Part shown: positions 19,610 through 29,052 of the stretch, piece by piece | Numbering within the stretch: the first letter of the stretch is position 1 | How the letters are laid out: the number at the start of each line of letters is the position of its first letter | From: a virus | IMG/VR virus record: IMGVR_UViG_3300047472_000449 | Length of the DNA stretch: 64,000 nucleotides | Direction: 5' to 3' (one strand) | Made by a program: the position numbers and the translations under genes | Notes under the pieces: generated by a model | Database searches by the model: none | What the model saw: the letters and a program-made list of their open reading frames with translations, nothing else | What the model was told of the DNA's origin: nothing

Positions 19610-20014
19610 ATGAATATCATTGTTCCGTTCTTTTTTACTTACGACAGTGGCCCATATCATGAGACTGGTCGGGCATTTGCCATTAAGTTCGATGTCACGC
19701 CAGATCGACGACTGCTTGCAATGGCCAATCATCAAGTTAGTAATTTTGATGAACGATTGGATGCGCTGTTGGACAATCTGGATATCGACTTTGCCGAAGA
19801 ATGGCGGGATGACCGTTACTTTCTTGGGTGGTTGACCAATTGCCAAGATTACCACGGCGAGGCACTGGATGAGGTGGTCAAGTTACGAGACTTTCTGCTT
19901 GCCGAGGGTTTTCGCGGTGGTGAGATTATCGATATGACAGATGAAGATTTTGAAAGATTTATTGAGGTAGACCAAACTCAAGAACTTCTTGAGGAGGCAA
20001 TTAATTCATTGTAG
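19610..20014 (+). CDS. Acidic hypothetical protein
   Basis: AAGGAGG RBS before MNIIVP. Confidence 0.7.
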   Translation: MNIIVPFFFTYDSGPYHETGRAFAIKFDVTPDRRLLAMANHQVSNFDERLDALLDNLDIDFAEEWRDDRYFLGWLTNCQDYHGEALDEVVKLRDFLLAEGFRGGEIIDMTDEDFERFIEVDQTQELLEEAINSL

Positions 20015-20061
20015 TACTTATTAGAAATCATTGAAATTTAACTTAATACTGGAAAAACAAT

Positions 20062-20436
20062 ATGAATGAGACACAACAGTTAATGGACTCACATGCAAGC
20101 AGTGTGGGTATTTTTATGATATATGCATCGGTAGTTTTTGTGTTAGTAGCGATCCCTTGGCTGCTTTATAGTTGCCGACACGAAATGGCCGCTGATAGAA
20201 AGGCCGCATCTGAGCGTGCCAAAGGTGTTGATCTGGAAAATCTTAAAAATCCAATCAACGTAGAGATCCTGTTGGATTTTCAGAATGAGAAAGAAAAACT
20301 AGGCGCACACGCCTGGAAGACCAAGGCCACTGCGGTACTGGGCAAAGAGGTCGTGAACAAGATGGTTGTGCAGGCTTTGTACGCCAAATGTGATCGGGAA
20401 TGCCCTTCAACGCCATCGATCCGCTTTGCCGATTGA
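20062..20436 (+). CDS. Hypothetical membrane protein
   Basis: One TM segment. Confidence 0.6.
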   Translation: MNETQQLMDSHASSVGIFMIYASVVFVLVAIPWLLYSCRHEMAADRKAASERAKGVDLENLKNPINVEILLDFQNEKEKLGAHAWKTKATAVLGKEVVNKMVVQALYAKCDRECPSTPSIRFAD

Positions 20437-20532
20437 ATCTCCCTCTGGTGATAAATAATGTCATTGGCATTGACATTGACATTTTCATGATGATTGCCTA
20501 TACTTGATCATTATTTATCGCTTCCCTGATGG

Positions 20533-21036
20533 ATGTCGCAGCCAATGAACGCAGTTCAGATTACCTCTGAAGACCAAATTTTCCTTGATTCAGCCAAAGC
20601 TGTTTGTCGGCATTACGCGGTTGAGCAGAAATCGGTGAATTTGCACAGCCGTGAGGCTGTGGCTATTGCTGCACTGAGCGAATTGGTGGCTGCGGGCGTG
20701 GTGGTGATTAATGCTGATCATCAAAAGCCCGTGTCGATCATCAGTGAGCTGCCAGAACCGCCTGTCAAATCGCTGAAAACGTACATCCTGGGCAATTTTT
20801 TGCGTGGTTGTTACGAAGGCGAATTTGAAACGATCGAAGCGGCCTGGGAGGTTTTGTCGGCAAAAATGCTCAGGCATTTCCCGTGCAAAAACGGGCTGTA
20901 CGTCTTGATGTGGGTGAGAGAGGACAATCGGTTCGGCTTGCCCGACACCCTTCGGTGCCGGGAGGGCTACACTTCCTTGAAGCCGGTCGATGACGAACGT
21001 GTTCAGCAATGTCGAACCAGTTTTCATCGCGGTTAA
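20533..21036 (+). CDS. Hypothetical protein
   Basis: Follows promoter TTGACA 20476, TATACT 20499. Confidence 0.65.
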   Translation: MSQPMNAVQITSEDQIFLDSAKAVCRHYAVEQKSVNLHSREAVAIAALSELVAAGVVVINADHQKPVSIISELPEPPVKSLKTYILGNFLRGCYEGEFETIEAAWEVLSAKMLRHFPCKNGLYVLMWVREDNRFGLPDTLRCREGYTSLKPVDDERVQQCRTSFHRG

Positions 21037-21086
21037 CTGGTTACTTCTGACCGAGCGCCTCCATTCACATCTTCTAGGTATAAATC

Positions 21087-21377
21087 ATGTCCAATCGCAA
21101 GTACGTTTTGGCTACCATCGTGATCAGCCGCGACTTTTGTGAAACTGATCGGCATTTTCTCATGGATGCGGATGAGTCCGCTTGTGTAAGCGATCTTTTG
21201 AATGCCATCGTTGGAAACTGGTGGAATGTTGACGCTGAACTGGCGACTAACCACGGCGGTCGAAAGATCAATCAGCGAGAAGGTAGCCAGGACGACTGCT
21301 GGCTCGACAAATACGTGGATATCAGCGAGTCTACATTTTTGGAATGCTCCGCGTTGATACCCGTGGTTAAAATGTAA
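21087..21377 (+). CDS. Small hypothetical protein
   Basis: Operon context. Confidence 0.6.
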   Translation: MSNRKYVLATIVISRDFCETDRHFLMDADESACVSDLLNAIVGNWWNVDAELATNHGGRKINQREGSQDDCWLDKYVDISESTFLECSALIPVVKM

Positions 21378-21390
21378 AAATCTGGCAAAT

Positions 21391-21422
21391 TACCCAATTA
21401 TAGTCGCGACTATAATTGGGTA
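21391..21422. repeat. Perfect 32-bp palindrome TACCCAATTATAGTCGCGACTATAATTGGGTA
   Basis: Checked by hand to equal its own reverse complement. Confidence 0.95.
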
Positions 21423-21513
21423 TAATTCGCAAGAGTATGGTAAATACCATTGACAACATGGCGTGCAGTGAGTATAGTTGGCAGAAACGCATTCAACATC
21501 ACTGGAGACATAC

Positions 21514-21897
21514 ATGACCCGCGAAGAGAGTCTGGCCAAACACCCGATCATCATTTGTGAGGTTTCCGCGTATGCCTATCACAAGTCCGGTGAGGTGATC
21601 GTGAATGTTCGGGCCAAAGCGGCGAGGCTATCCGGAAAAAACTACATTCACCCGGACAATACTCGCACCGCCGTCAGCAAGCTGATGAAGCTAGACAGCG
21701 TGTACAACGATTTCACCCTTGCTCGACAAACGCACTGCCTGGAATCCGACGTGGATGAGGCAATCCGCCGTATTCGCGACGTTTTGAAAAGCGAAGCGGA
21801 TCGTCTTGCGGCGTATTTCACCAGAATGCAAAGTGTCGTCACCGTTGAGCCGGACATTACCTATCACGGCAAAAAAGACGGCGCTTGGGAACTCTGA
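21514..21897 (+). CDS. Hypothetical protein
   Basis: GGAG RBS; promoter TTGACA 21450, TATAGT 21473. Confidence 0.65.
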   Translation: MTREESLAKHPIIICEVSAYAYHKSGEVIVNVRAKAARLSGKNYIHPDNTRTAVSKLMKLDSVYNDFTLARQTHCLESDVDEAIRRIRDVLKSEADRLAAYFTRMQSVVTVEPDITYHGKKDGAWEL

Positions 21898-21946
21898 GTA
21901 TAAGCCTCCGCCTTCCCAACCTACTGAATCGATGAGGAATCACGTC

Positions 21947-22162
21947 ATGCGCCACATGAGCAAAATCCTGGACGCCTTCTACAGTTGCAAAAAATTCAGC
22001 AATGCTGAAGCCATTGCTCTGCGTGATCACACCAAGCAAGCCGCTGATCTGCTCGTGAGCATGGGCGACACCTTCAAAATTGCCTGCAAAGAGGCGTACG
22101 CAGTTCACATGCGTGTCAGCGAAATCTGCGACGCTCGCGGCTTGGACGGTGGCGGAAAATAA
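21947..22162 (+). CDS. Small hypothetical protein
   Basis: GAGGA RBS. Confidence 0.55.
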   Translation: MRHMSKILDAFYSCKKFSNAEAIALRDHTKQAADLLVSMGDTFKIACKEAYAVHMRVSEICDARGLDGGGK

Positions 22163-22208
22163 TCGTCACCACCTCACGTTGAAAACCTCTTCTTGCCGGA
22201 ACTGCTGA

Positions 22209-23081
22209 ATGAAAAAGCAACTTGCTGTGGTGATGTTGTGCGTGTTGAGTTTGTGCTCAATAGCTCATGCTGGACTCTTGCGCACCGCTGAAATAGCTGG
22301 TGTCACATACGTGATCAAGAAAACGATTATCCCGGCTGCCTTGTCTGGCGCAGGTCGCGAAGCCGCAATTGCGGCAGTAAAAAAGTTTGCTGCCAATCCA
22401 GCCGCTCAGCATGCCGTGTACGGCAGCTTGAGCTATTTGCTCGTGGTAATGCCCAATACCCAGGCAGGCAAGTCCGCAGCCGACATTCTCTTGAAGGGTG
22501 GTGTTTTTGAAAACCCTGAAATTGCTCAATCCTATCGCGAAGAGCACGCCAACTATCAGGCCAACGTAAACGCGCTTACTGCCGAAGCGACAGCGCTAGA
22601 TAAAAGTGGCCGATCTCGATGTGTAAACACGCAGGATATATATGCCACCAGCTTGCCTCAATATCTGGACGCAATGAGCAGTTTTAATATGCCGGTGCAG
22701 GAATGGGATTACGGTTCCTATAAGCAACTTAAGGGTGCCGGTAAGCCATTCGACAAGTTGGATCATGATCATATTCCGGCGAAAGCAACAATCTATCGCT
22801 ATTTGGAAAAGCGCGATGGCATTGCTGTGCGAAACACGGCGCGGCAGAATTTTGTAATGAGCAACACTACCGCCATTGAAGTGCGAAAGACCCTGCACAC
22901 CGCAGGTCGAACCTACGGCGGCTACAAAGAGTCGGAGATCGAGGGGGATATCAAGGACTTGCGCGTTGCGACCATCAAGGATTTCGCCTACTATTTCATG
23001 ACCAGCCCCATGAGCGGGCGAGAGCTTAAGTCATTCTCAAGTGTTTACTTGAGAAACAAAGCGCTTTGCATTTATCAGTAG
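22209..23081 (+). CDS. Secreted polymorphic toxin with predicted His-Me finger (HNH-like) nuclease C-terminus
   Basis: Sec signal ending AHA; YGSY..L...D.LDHDHIP...N..AI....H..GRTYGG as in Rhs-type toxin tips. Confidence 0.65.
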   Translation: MKKQLAVVMLCVLSLCSIAHAGLLRTAEIAGVTYVIKKTIIPAALSGAGREAAIAAVKKFAANPAAQHAVYGSLSYLLVVMPNTQAGKSAADILLKGGVFENPEIAQSYREEHANYQANVNALTAEATALDKSGRSRCVNTQDIYATSLPQYLDAMSSFNMPVQEWDYGSYKQLKGAGKPFDKLDHDHIPAKATIYRYLEKRDGIAVRNTARQNFVMSNTTAIEVRKTLHTAGRTYGGYKESEIEGDIKDLRVATIKDFAYYFMTSPMSGRELKSFSSVYLRNKALCIYQ

Positions 23082-23094
23082 GGGTCTTATTTAA

Positions 23095-23565
23095 ATGACG
23101 AACAGCGATATCATACAGCAGCCAAAATTCAAATTCCTGCTGACACTTCTTGATCCAGAAGCAATCCCTTATGATTCCGCTGTGTGTAATATCGTGTCAG
23201 CACATGTGCAGGTGCTGTCTCAGGCCGCAGATCCGATGGGCGATTGTTACGACTTTAATGCTCAGATCGAGCATAAAATACTCAGTAATACGCAATTCTT
23301 CATGGCTTCTGAGAGCGGGTCTTATATTGGACTTTTTGATTTCATGGGTCAAAAAGACTTCGTGATCGAACTCGATCTTGATTGGACTATCAACGTGCTG
23401 GGTGACACACTGTCCAATTGGGCTGAGGTCCGTTATCCGAGCCCATTTTATCGCCCGGCAGTTGATAACTTTGTTGCTGAGTGCCAAAAGCATTATGGAA
23501 TTGCGCCTGATCAATGGGATCACAACCGTTACCCTGATTTCTTTTCGGGTTATGTGACCGTCTAA
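23095..23565 (+). CDS. Probable cognate immunity protein
   Basis: Small acidic/aromatic ORF 13 bp downstream of the toxin. Confidence 0.55.
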   Translation: MTNSDIIQQPKFKFLLTLLDPEAIPYDSAVCNIVSAHVQVLSQAADPMGDCYDFNAQIEHKILSNTQFFMASESGSYIGLFDFMGQKDFVIELDLDWTINVLGDTLSNWAEVRYPSPFYRPAVDNFVAECQKHYGIAPDQWDHNRYPDFFSGYVTV

Positions 23566-23745
23566 ATGAGTATCGAAAGTCTGGCTAAGCCCAGGCTTTC
23601 TTTTTCCACTCGATATAACGTCCATTTAATGAAAGGATCTCACATGCGATTTTCTTTGATCGACGCGGCGTTCTCCATCATTGTCTGTGTGTTTATTATT
23701 GGCTTGTTTTTGACGTGCATGTTTCGACCATACAAGCCATCCGCA

Positions 23746-24456
23746 TCAAGACGCACGGGCAGATAAATGCGTTGTTAGTGCTTGGCGCGACAGTGCTTCC
23801 GGGGTGTTGAGCATCCATCGAGTGCCCTTGGCGTGGGCAAACCCCAGGCTGTGGTAGAACGCATCGACTTTAGCTGTTTCGGCGGTTAAATCATCGCCCC
23901 CTTCTTTCTGGAAATTCCCAAGGTATGGCACAGCCATCAGTACAACGTAAGCCACTTTACGTCGATAATGCCCTAATTTCTGTATGAGCATTGACCCAAT
24001 GCCCATTCTTTGAAATTTCTGTTCCACTGATACCCGATAAACGTACAGCATCCGCTTGGAAAAATCGTCTTCGCCGTACATGAGTTCAAATTTAGATGGC
24101 CGCTGGTAACCGAATTCGGCAGCCAACGTCCGAAATTGGCTCCTGTATATGCGCTGACGGGCTTGATAGCGATAGGCAAGGTCACTGGCATGGCTGCCAT
24201 AAGCAAAACAGCACAAGCTGTCCATCTCATCACTTACGTCAAAGACATCACCTACATCTTCCAGCGTGGCCCCAGGCCTGTAATAGGCTGAATTGATATC
24301 CAGCATGTAGGCCGTCAGCGTTCCGGCTAACTCATTGCCAGCCCAGGCAGTGACGGTGATGCGGCGCACATGCTGATTAATCGCTGTAAGGTCATCGACG
24401 CCTAATTTGGCTGGATGATTGGCAAGCTTCAGGGTAATGGAATTGCTGGCTAACAT
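23746..24456 (-). CDS. GNAT-family acetyltransferase
   Basis: VSVEQKFQRMGIGSMLI (motif A) and FYHSLGF. Confidence 0.75.
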   Translation of the reverse strand: MLASNSITLKLANHPAKLGVDDLTAINQHVRRITVTAWAGNELAGTLTAYMLDINSAYYRPGATLEDVGDVFDVSDEMDSLCCFAYGSHASDLAYRYQARQRIYRSQFRTLAAEFGYQRPSKFELMYGEDDFSKRMLYVYRVSVEQKFQRMGIGSMLIQKLGHYRRKVAYVVLMAVPYLGNFQKEGGDDLTAETAKVDAFYHSLGFAHAKGTRWMLNTPEALSRQALTTHLSARAS

Positions 24457-24666
24457 GCATGAGTGACCTGTGGGGGATTAAAAGCACAGGCATCGACAGT
24501 GCTCGCTGAGAAGCGCGAGCCCTAAGGTGCCCAGCCGGTTGGGTGTCTCCCTTCACAACCTATAGTTTATTCGATTTTATGTCAACGAGGCAGCATTTCC
24601 GATTGACAAACGGTATGCTTTTGCCTATAATATCTATCATTCAAGCATCAAGCCTAATCACTCAAC

Positions 24667-25080
24667 GTGAGATCTCCTGTGAGTAATCAAGACGCCAGCG
24701 TCAATCCAGAGCTACCGTTCTGTTATGCCTATCGTTTCGATGATCACCATGCCGATGGCACGATCCCCAATATTCTGGCGTTTCGTGAAGGTCGCGACTG
24801 GGAGTCTCGACCGTACCCGGATGCGCGTGAGGTTCGGCCTCTTTTTACGCGCTCTGAGTCGGAAGAAATCGCCGCACTGAAAGCTGAGCTGGCTGAAGCC
24901 AAGCAGCGCATCGCGGTTGTTGAGCATGTCGCTATGGAATTTCTCGGTACGGTCGGTGAATACCAAGCCATGCCATGTCAGAGCCTGCAAGACCGCATGT
25001 TTGCGACCATCCGCCGCTATCGTTCCCGCGTCGTTGATTACCAGCCCGGCGATTACGCCAAGCTCGATCAAGACCAATAA
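24667..25080 (+). CDS. Phage-type hypothetical protein with coiled coil
   Basis: Follows promoter TTGACA 24603, TATAAT 24626. Confidence 0.6.
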   Translation: MRSPVSNQDASVNPELPFCYAYRFDDHHADGTIPNILAFREGRDWESRPYPDAREVRPLFTRSESEEIAALKAELAEAKQRIAVVEHVAMEFLGTVGEYQAMPCQSLQDRMFATIRRYRSRVVDYQPGDYAKLDQDQ

Positions 25081-25148
25081 ACACTGCTGCGCGGCGTCTG
25101 CATGGCGCCGCCCTCCTCCTTCCGGCCATTTCCTTTTTGAGGTTGTCC

Positions 25149-25574
25149 ATGAATCAAGTTACCTTCCTGCCAAAAGATGTTGCGTCTGCGCTGACCGTCC
25201 CGACCAACATGATTTCGATCAACTCGCCAAACAGCTACACCCAGTTCGCCTGCGAGCACAAGCGTTTGCTGGTGTTGTCGTTTTATCCAAACGACTTCGG
25301 TGACCTGACCCACAACATCCCGACCGAGGAAACCGCAAAGGAAATCATCGATTTCATCGAAAGCTGCAACGGTGAAGACGTGGTGGTGCATTGCGGTGAG
25401 GGCAGCATCCGTTCGTCGGCGGTGGCACTGTTCATGGAGCGCGACATGGACTATGAACTCGACACCGAGTTCAAGGGTTGCAAAGGCTCGACAGCCAACC
25501 GCAGCCGTAACCTGTACATGTTGCTGCGTCGTGAACACGCCGCACGTCACCCACGCCTACCACACGGCGAGTAA
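25149..25574 (+). CDS. Protein-tyrosine/dual-specificity phosphatase-like protein
   Basis: VVVHCGEGSIRSSAVA is an HCX5R P-loop. Confidence 0.8.
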   Translation: MNQVTFLPKDVASALTVPTNMISINSPNSYTQFACEHKRLLVLSFYPNDFGDLTHNIPTEETAKEIIDFIESCNGEDVVVHCGEGSIRSSAVALFMERDMDYELDTEFKGCKGSTANRSRNLYMLLRREHAARHPRLPHGE

Positions 25575-25660
25575 GCCCCCTTCTGCCTCCAGGCTGTCGG
25601 ATGACATTCCGCCACTTGGGGGCTATCATCCAGCCCCTCTTTACCGGCCAGGACTCTGAC

Positions 25661-25867
25661 ATGGATAACCAGTTGATTAGCGAATACCTTGCGGCATTCA
25701 AGGCAGCCAATCCTGGGGTGGCTCAGTTGCCGACTTTCAGCTATGCCGCAGGCTGGTACACCATCCATACGACCCAGGGTGGTTCAACCAAGAAGCGCGC
25801 AGCACAAATTATCGCCATGCGCGACACCTTGCTTAAACGTGTGGCAGGTACGCAATTGCCCAGCTGA
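25661..25867 (+). CDS. Small hypothetical protein
   Basis: AGGA RBS. Confidence 0.6.
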   Translation: MDNQLISEYLAAFKAANPGVAQLPTFSYAAGWYTIHTTQGGSTKKRAAQIIAMRDTLLKRVAGTQLPS

Positions 25868-25997
25868 GCGAGTGCAAAATAGGGCTTGCCGCTCATCGAT
25901 ACGCCGTCAGCATGATTGACATTGCTGGCTGACTTGAGTATACTTTAAATTATCAGGTCACCCTTCTCGACCGATCCATCACAGAGGATTCTCCCCC

Positions 25998-26156
25998 ATG
26001 AGCCAGACTCAAGAAAAACCATCCCAATCACAAGAACTCGCCTTGGGCGTCATGAATGATGACGAAGACGACTTCCTGCTCGGTGCGGACGGTGAGGCAC
26101 CGCAAGCCTGCCCCCTCGATCCAGAAGGTAAGGGCCAATGTGAATCGTGTCAGTGA
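25998..26156 (+). CDS. 52-aa acidic peptide ending ACPLDPEGKGQCESCQ (resembles NrdA C-terminal tail)
   Basis: Translated by hand; own promoter (TTGACA 25916, TATACT 25939) and AGAGGA RBS. Confidence 0.7.
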   Translation: MSQTQEKPSQSQELALGVMNDDEDDFLLGADGEAPQACPLDPEGKGQCESCQ

Positions 26157-26178
26157 CATTGACATTGACATTGACATT
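26155..26178 (+). repeat. (GACATT)4 tandem repeat containing stacked TTGACA hexamers
   Basis: Read directly from the sequence. Confidence 0.9.
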
Positions 26179-26438
26179 GTATAACATTTAGTGGCATGAA
26201 GTGATCGCGAGGCACCTGCCTTGCGATTAATCAAACTGTTTCACCGTCCGTTGGAGTGAATTATGAGCGACATGACCGATTGCCTTGACTACGGCATCAC
26301 CGAATCCGTGGTTTCGGATCACGCGTCTGAGCAGCTGGGCACGATTTTGACGGTTGTCACTGTCATCATTATGGGTCTCGTTTGCCTGCCATTCCCTGGC
26401 TAAATCATGCCAGACGACACCCACAAGATTGAATCCCT

Positions 26439-26684
26439 ATGAAATACGACCAAATGACGCTCAGCGAGCTTGAGCGAGCCGCAGCGATCTCTGACAACCC
26501 GCTGGCCAAAGCATTGGCTGCGAGGCTTGAGGAGGTGGTGGACGCACTTGAGTACGCGTTGGTGGTGGACACCGACAAAGAGCGGCTTGAGGAAATCTCG
26601 GCCCTTTATGTGCTGCTGGATCTCTCCAAAGAGGCGCCAAAGCTGCTGACCGAAGAGTGTAAGCAGAGCGAAGAGGCGGCATAG
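26439..26684 (+). CDS. Small hypothetical protein
   Basis: 81 aa helical ORF. Confidence 0.6.
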   Translation: MKYDQMTLSELERAAAISDNPLAKALAARLEEVVDALEYALVVDTDKERLEEISALYVLLDLSKEAPKLLTEECKQSEEAA

Positions 26685-26765
26685 ACGCCCGCTGGCCAGC
26701 TTCACGGAACGTGGTTAAGTGCTACCCAGGTAGATACACCATCACCCTACTAAACAAGGATTTCC

Positions 26766-27218
26766 ATGAGTAATATATCGAACGGCGCAAAGGCTCTCCT
26801 GCTGTCGAGCGTTTTGCTTATTTTCGTCAATTGCCCATTGATGATTTATTTTTACTTTGAGTCTGATCTTGCTTTTTCAACATTGACCATGTGGCAGGTG
26901 TTCTTTCGGACATCGTTTGTTTTCTTGGTTTTTTTGGCTGGGTTGTTTCTGATGCTAAGTGGCTTGATTCGCCTTTCCGAAGAGGGCGCGCTGCACATGC
27001 CAATGCAGGCGAAAGTCCCTTTGGTGTTCGTTTACGCGTTGAACATGCTCGGTCTTCTCGGCGGGGTGTTTGCAATCATGTATGTGGATTCACCATCCCT
27101 GCGCGTACTGGCATTTACGCTGTGTTGTGCGCTGGGCTTGCTCGGCGGGATGTGGATCGGCGGGGTAAAATTGATTACAAAACCATTGGTGGGTATCGAT
27201 TCGGCTACTGAATCTTAA
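26766..27218 (+). CDS. Multi-pass membrane protein
   Basis: Four hydrophobic segments; AAGGA RBS. Confidence 0.7.
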   Translation: MSNISNGAKALLLSSVLLIFVNCPLMIYFYFESDLAFSTLTMWQVFFRTSFVFLVFLAGLFLMLSGLIRLSEEGALHMPMQAKVPLVFVYALNMLGLLGGVFAIMYVDSPSLRVLAFTLCCALGLLGGMWIGGVKLITKPLVGIDSATES

Positions 27219-27227
27219 AGGAAAAAA

Positions 27228-27470
27228 ATGTCGCTTTTTACTATTGTTTCTACTGTGCTCGTGTTGTCGTCTTCGCCAAGTGGGAGTGCTGTCACTCAAA
27301 CATCGTACCCCGTGGATGAGCTTAGTTGTGCCGATGCAGTGGCCAAGATCTGGGGCTACAGTGCTGTTTTGGAGAATGGCAAAGCCACAAAGAAGGAGAA
27401 GATTGATAACAATGGTACTTTCACTGTGATTAGTACCCTGGAATGTGTTCCGCGACCCGCTGGTGTATAA
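27228..27470 (+). CDS. Small secreted protein
   Basis: Signal-like N-terminus, two Cys; AAAGGA RBS. Confidence 0.6.
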   Translation: MSLFTIVSTVLVLSSSPSGSAVTQTSYPVDELSCADAVAKIWGYSAVLENGKATKKEKIDNNGTFTVISTLECVPRPAGV

Positions 27471-27544
27471 ACTGCAATGGCGGTTCGGTGTCGTACATGC
27501 AGCAATGGTGTAAAATCGATAAAAAGACTAAAAGGGAGAGCCAA

Positions 27545-27700
27545 ATGAAACCATACGGAGCAAAGCGTCATTTCGGACGCTGCCAGACCTCTCGCCCAAA
27601 AAGCGGCGGTAAAATCCACGTGTCGTTGCACACAAAAAACCACAAGTTCGGGCGCATGTGGTCGCCGGACATGGATAACGCCTTCTGCTTGGAGGCGTAA
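27545..27700 (+). CDS. Small basic protein
   Basis: GGGAG RBS before MKPYGAK. Confidence 0.45.
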   Translation: MKPYGAKRHFGRCQTSRPKSGGKIHVSLHTKNHKFGRMWSPDMDNAFCLEA

Positions 27701-27816
27701 TATTCATTGCAATGTCAGCAGGATTGACACGCCACTGTCTTTCGGATATACTATCGCCATTAGCCCACAATCCTTCTTATTGGCAATCTTGCGAGTAAGG
27801 TACTGGACAACACCTC

Positions 27817-28308
27817 ATGAAAGATAAGCGCATTCAACTACCTGTAACGCTGAGAGAGCTAGGCGATAACGCCTTTCCAGAAAATGTTCTGGCTCAGAAT
27901 GTCCGTGTGGGTGTTGCGGTGATCATCCGCAATGAACACGATGAAATTTTGGTCGGTCGCCGTCAGGGCAGTCATGGCGCAGGGACATGGACGGTTCCAG
28001 GCGGGCATTTGGAATTTGGCGAATTCCCTGAGGTCTGTGCCTTTCGCGAGGTATGGGAGGAAACTGGTCTTTTGCTGAAAGCGGTCTCTAGGCCCTTTGC
28101 GTCCACCAACGACATTTTTATCGAAGAGCAAAAACACTACATCACGCTCTGGGTTGAGGGGGTTATTGAACAAGGTGCCATTCCCCGGAATATGGAGCCT
28201 GAAAAGTGCGATGGGTGGGAGTGGTTTGCTGGACGTGATATTCCAGAGCCACGTTTCCTGGGTTTGAAGAACCTAATGGCTCAGCACCCTGCGTTCCAGT
28301 ACACGTAG
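27817..28308 (+). CDS. Nudix hydrolase (NUDT15/MTH2-like)
   Basis: PGGHLEFGE...CAFREVWEETGL Nudix box; EPEKCDGWEWF. Confidence 0.9.
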   Translation: MKDKRIQLPVTLRELGDNAFPENVLAQNVRVGVAVIIRNEHDEILVGRRQGSHGAGTWTVPGGHLEFGEFPEVCAFREVWEETGLLLKAVSRPFASTNDIFIEEQKHYITLWVEGVIEQGAIPRNMEPEKCDGWEWFAGRDIPEPRFLGLKNLMAQHPAFQYT

Positions 28309-28345
28309 TCTCTTAACCTGTCTCCTTCAGTCAAGGCGAGTCAAC

Positions 28346-28927
28346 ATGAGTCACGACACCGAAATTGTTGAACATAAACACCCCCTCAAGACGCAAACTA
28401 TCGCCTCGCTGATCCGTCACCACACCAGCAACGATGGAGAGGCCGGTCACAGTGTCCTGCATTTTCGTGATCGCCAATTTCTGATGCCTATCGAAGGATC
28501 AGGCAACCCGGATTTGCTCATTGCTTTGGAGCGTATTAGGACGGAATTGGATCGTGGTAAACGAGACTTCGCGCTGAGCATGGTGCCCTTTCAATCGCTT
28601 CATAGCAACACGAGCTTGGATATGTACGAGCGTGTTGAGATTCCGGATTTCGACTCCATTTTTACGGGGATTATCGCGAGTCTTAAGCAATCACATGATC
28701 TTACGGGCAATTATGCCCTCTCCATCAGCATGCGCTACCAGCAATCGCTCAGCCTTCATGGTCGCAGCCTGGATGTTCCCGTGCGCAATCAATTGGACTT
28801 TTACGTTTGCCCTTCTGCTTTCACGATCAATCTTGCAGATGTGCTTGACGTGACTCAGGTCGAAATGCTGAATCGCTGGTACGCCGGTATGTTCTCAGGC
28901 GAGATTTCGACGAGTGCCAGAATGTGA
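28346..28927 (+). CDS. Hypothetical protein
   Basis: 193 aa ORF downstream of the Nudix gene. Confidence 0.65.
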   Translation: MSHDTEIVEHKHPLKTQTIASLIRHHTSNDGEAGHSVLHFRDRQFLMPIEGSGNPDLLIALERIRTELDRGKRDFALSMVPFQSLHSNTSLDMYERVEIPDFDSIFTGIIASLKQSHDLTGNYALSISMRYQQSLSLHGRSLDVPVRNQLDFYVCPSAFTINLADVLDVTQVEMLNRWYAGMFSGEISTSARM

Positions 28928-29052
28928 TGTGGTAGGCAAAGCTTTGCTTTGAACAAAGCTTTTACAAACCCTGCTCTTGATGTCATTTGTATTGACATCT
29001 TGACGGGGTATTGTCATAATGGCGCCATACCCAATGAGTCAGGAATGCGAAC

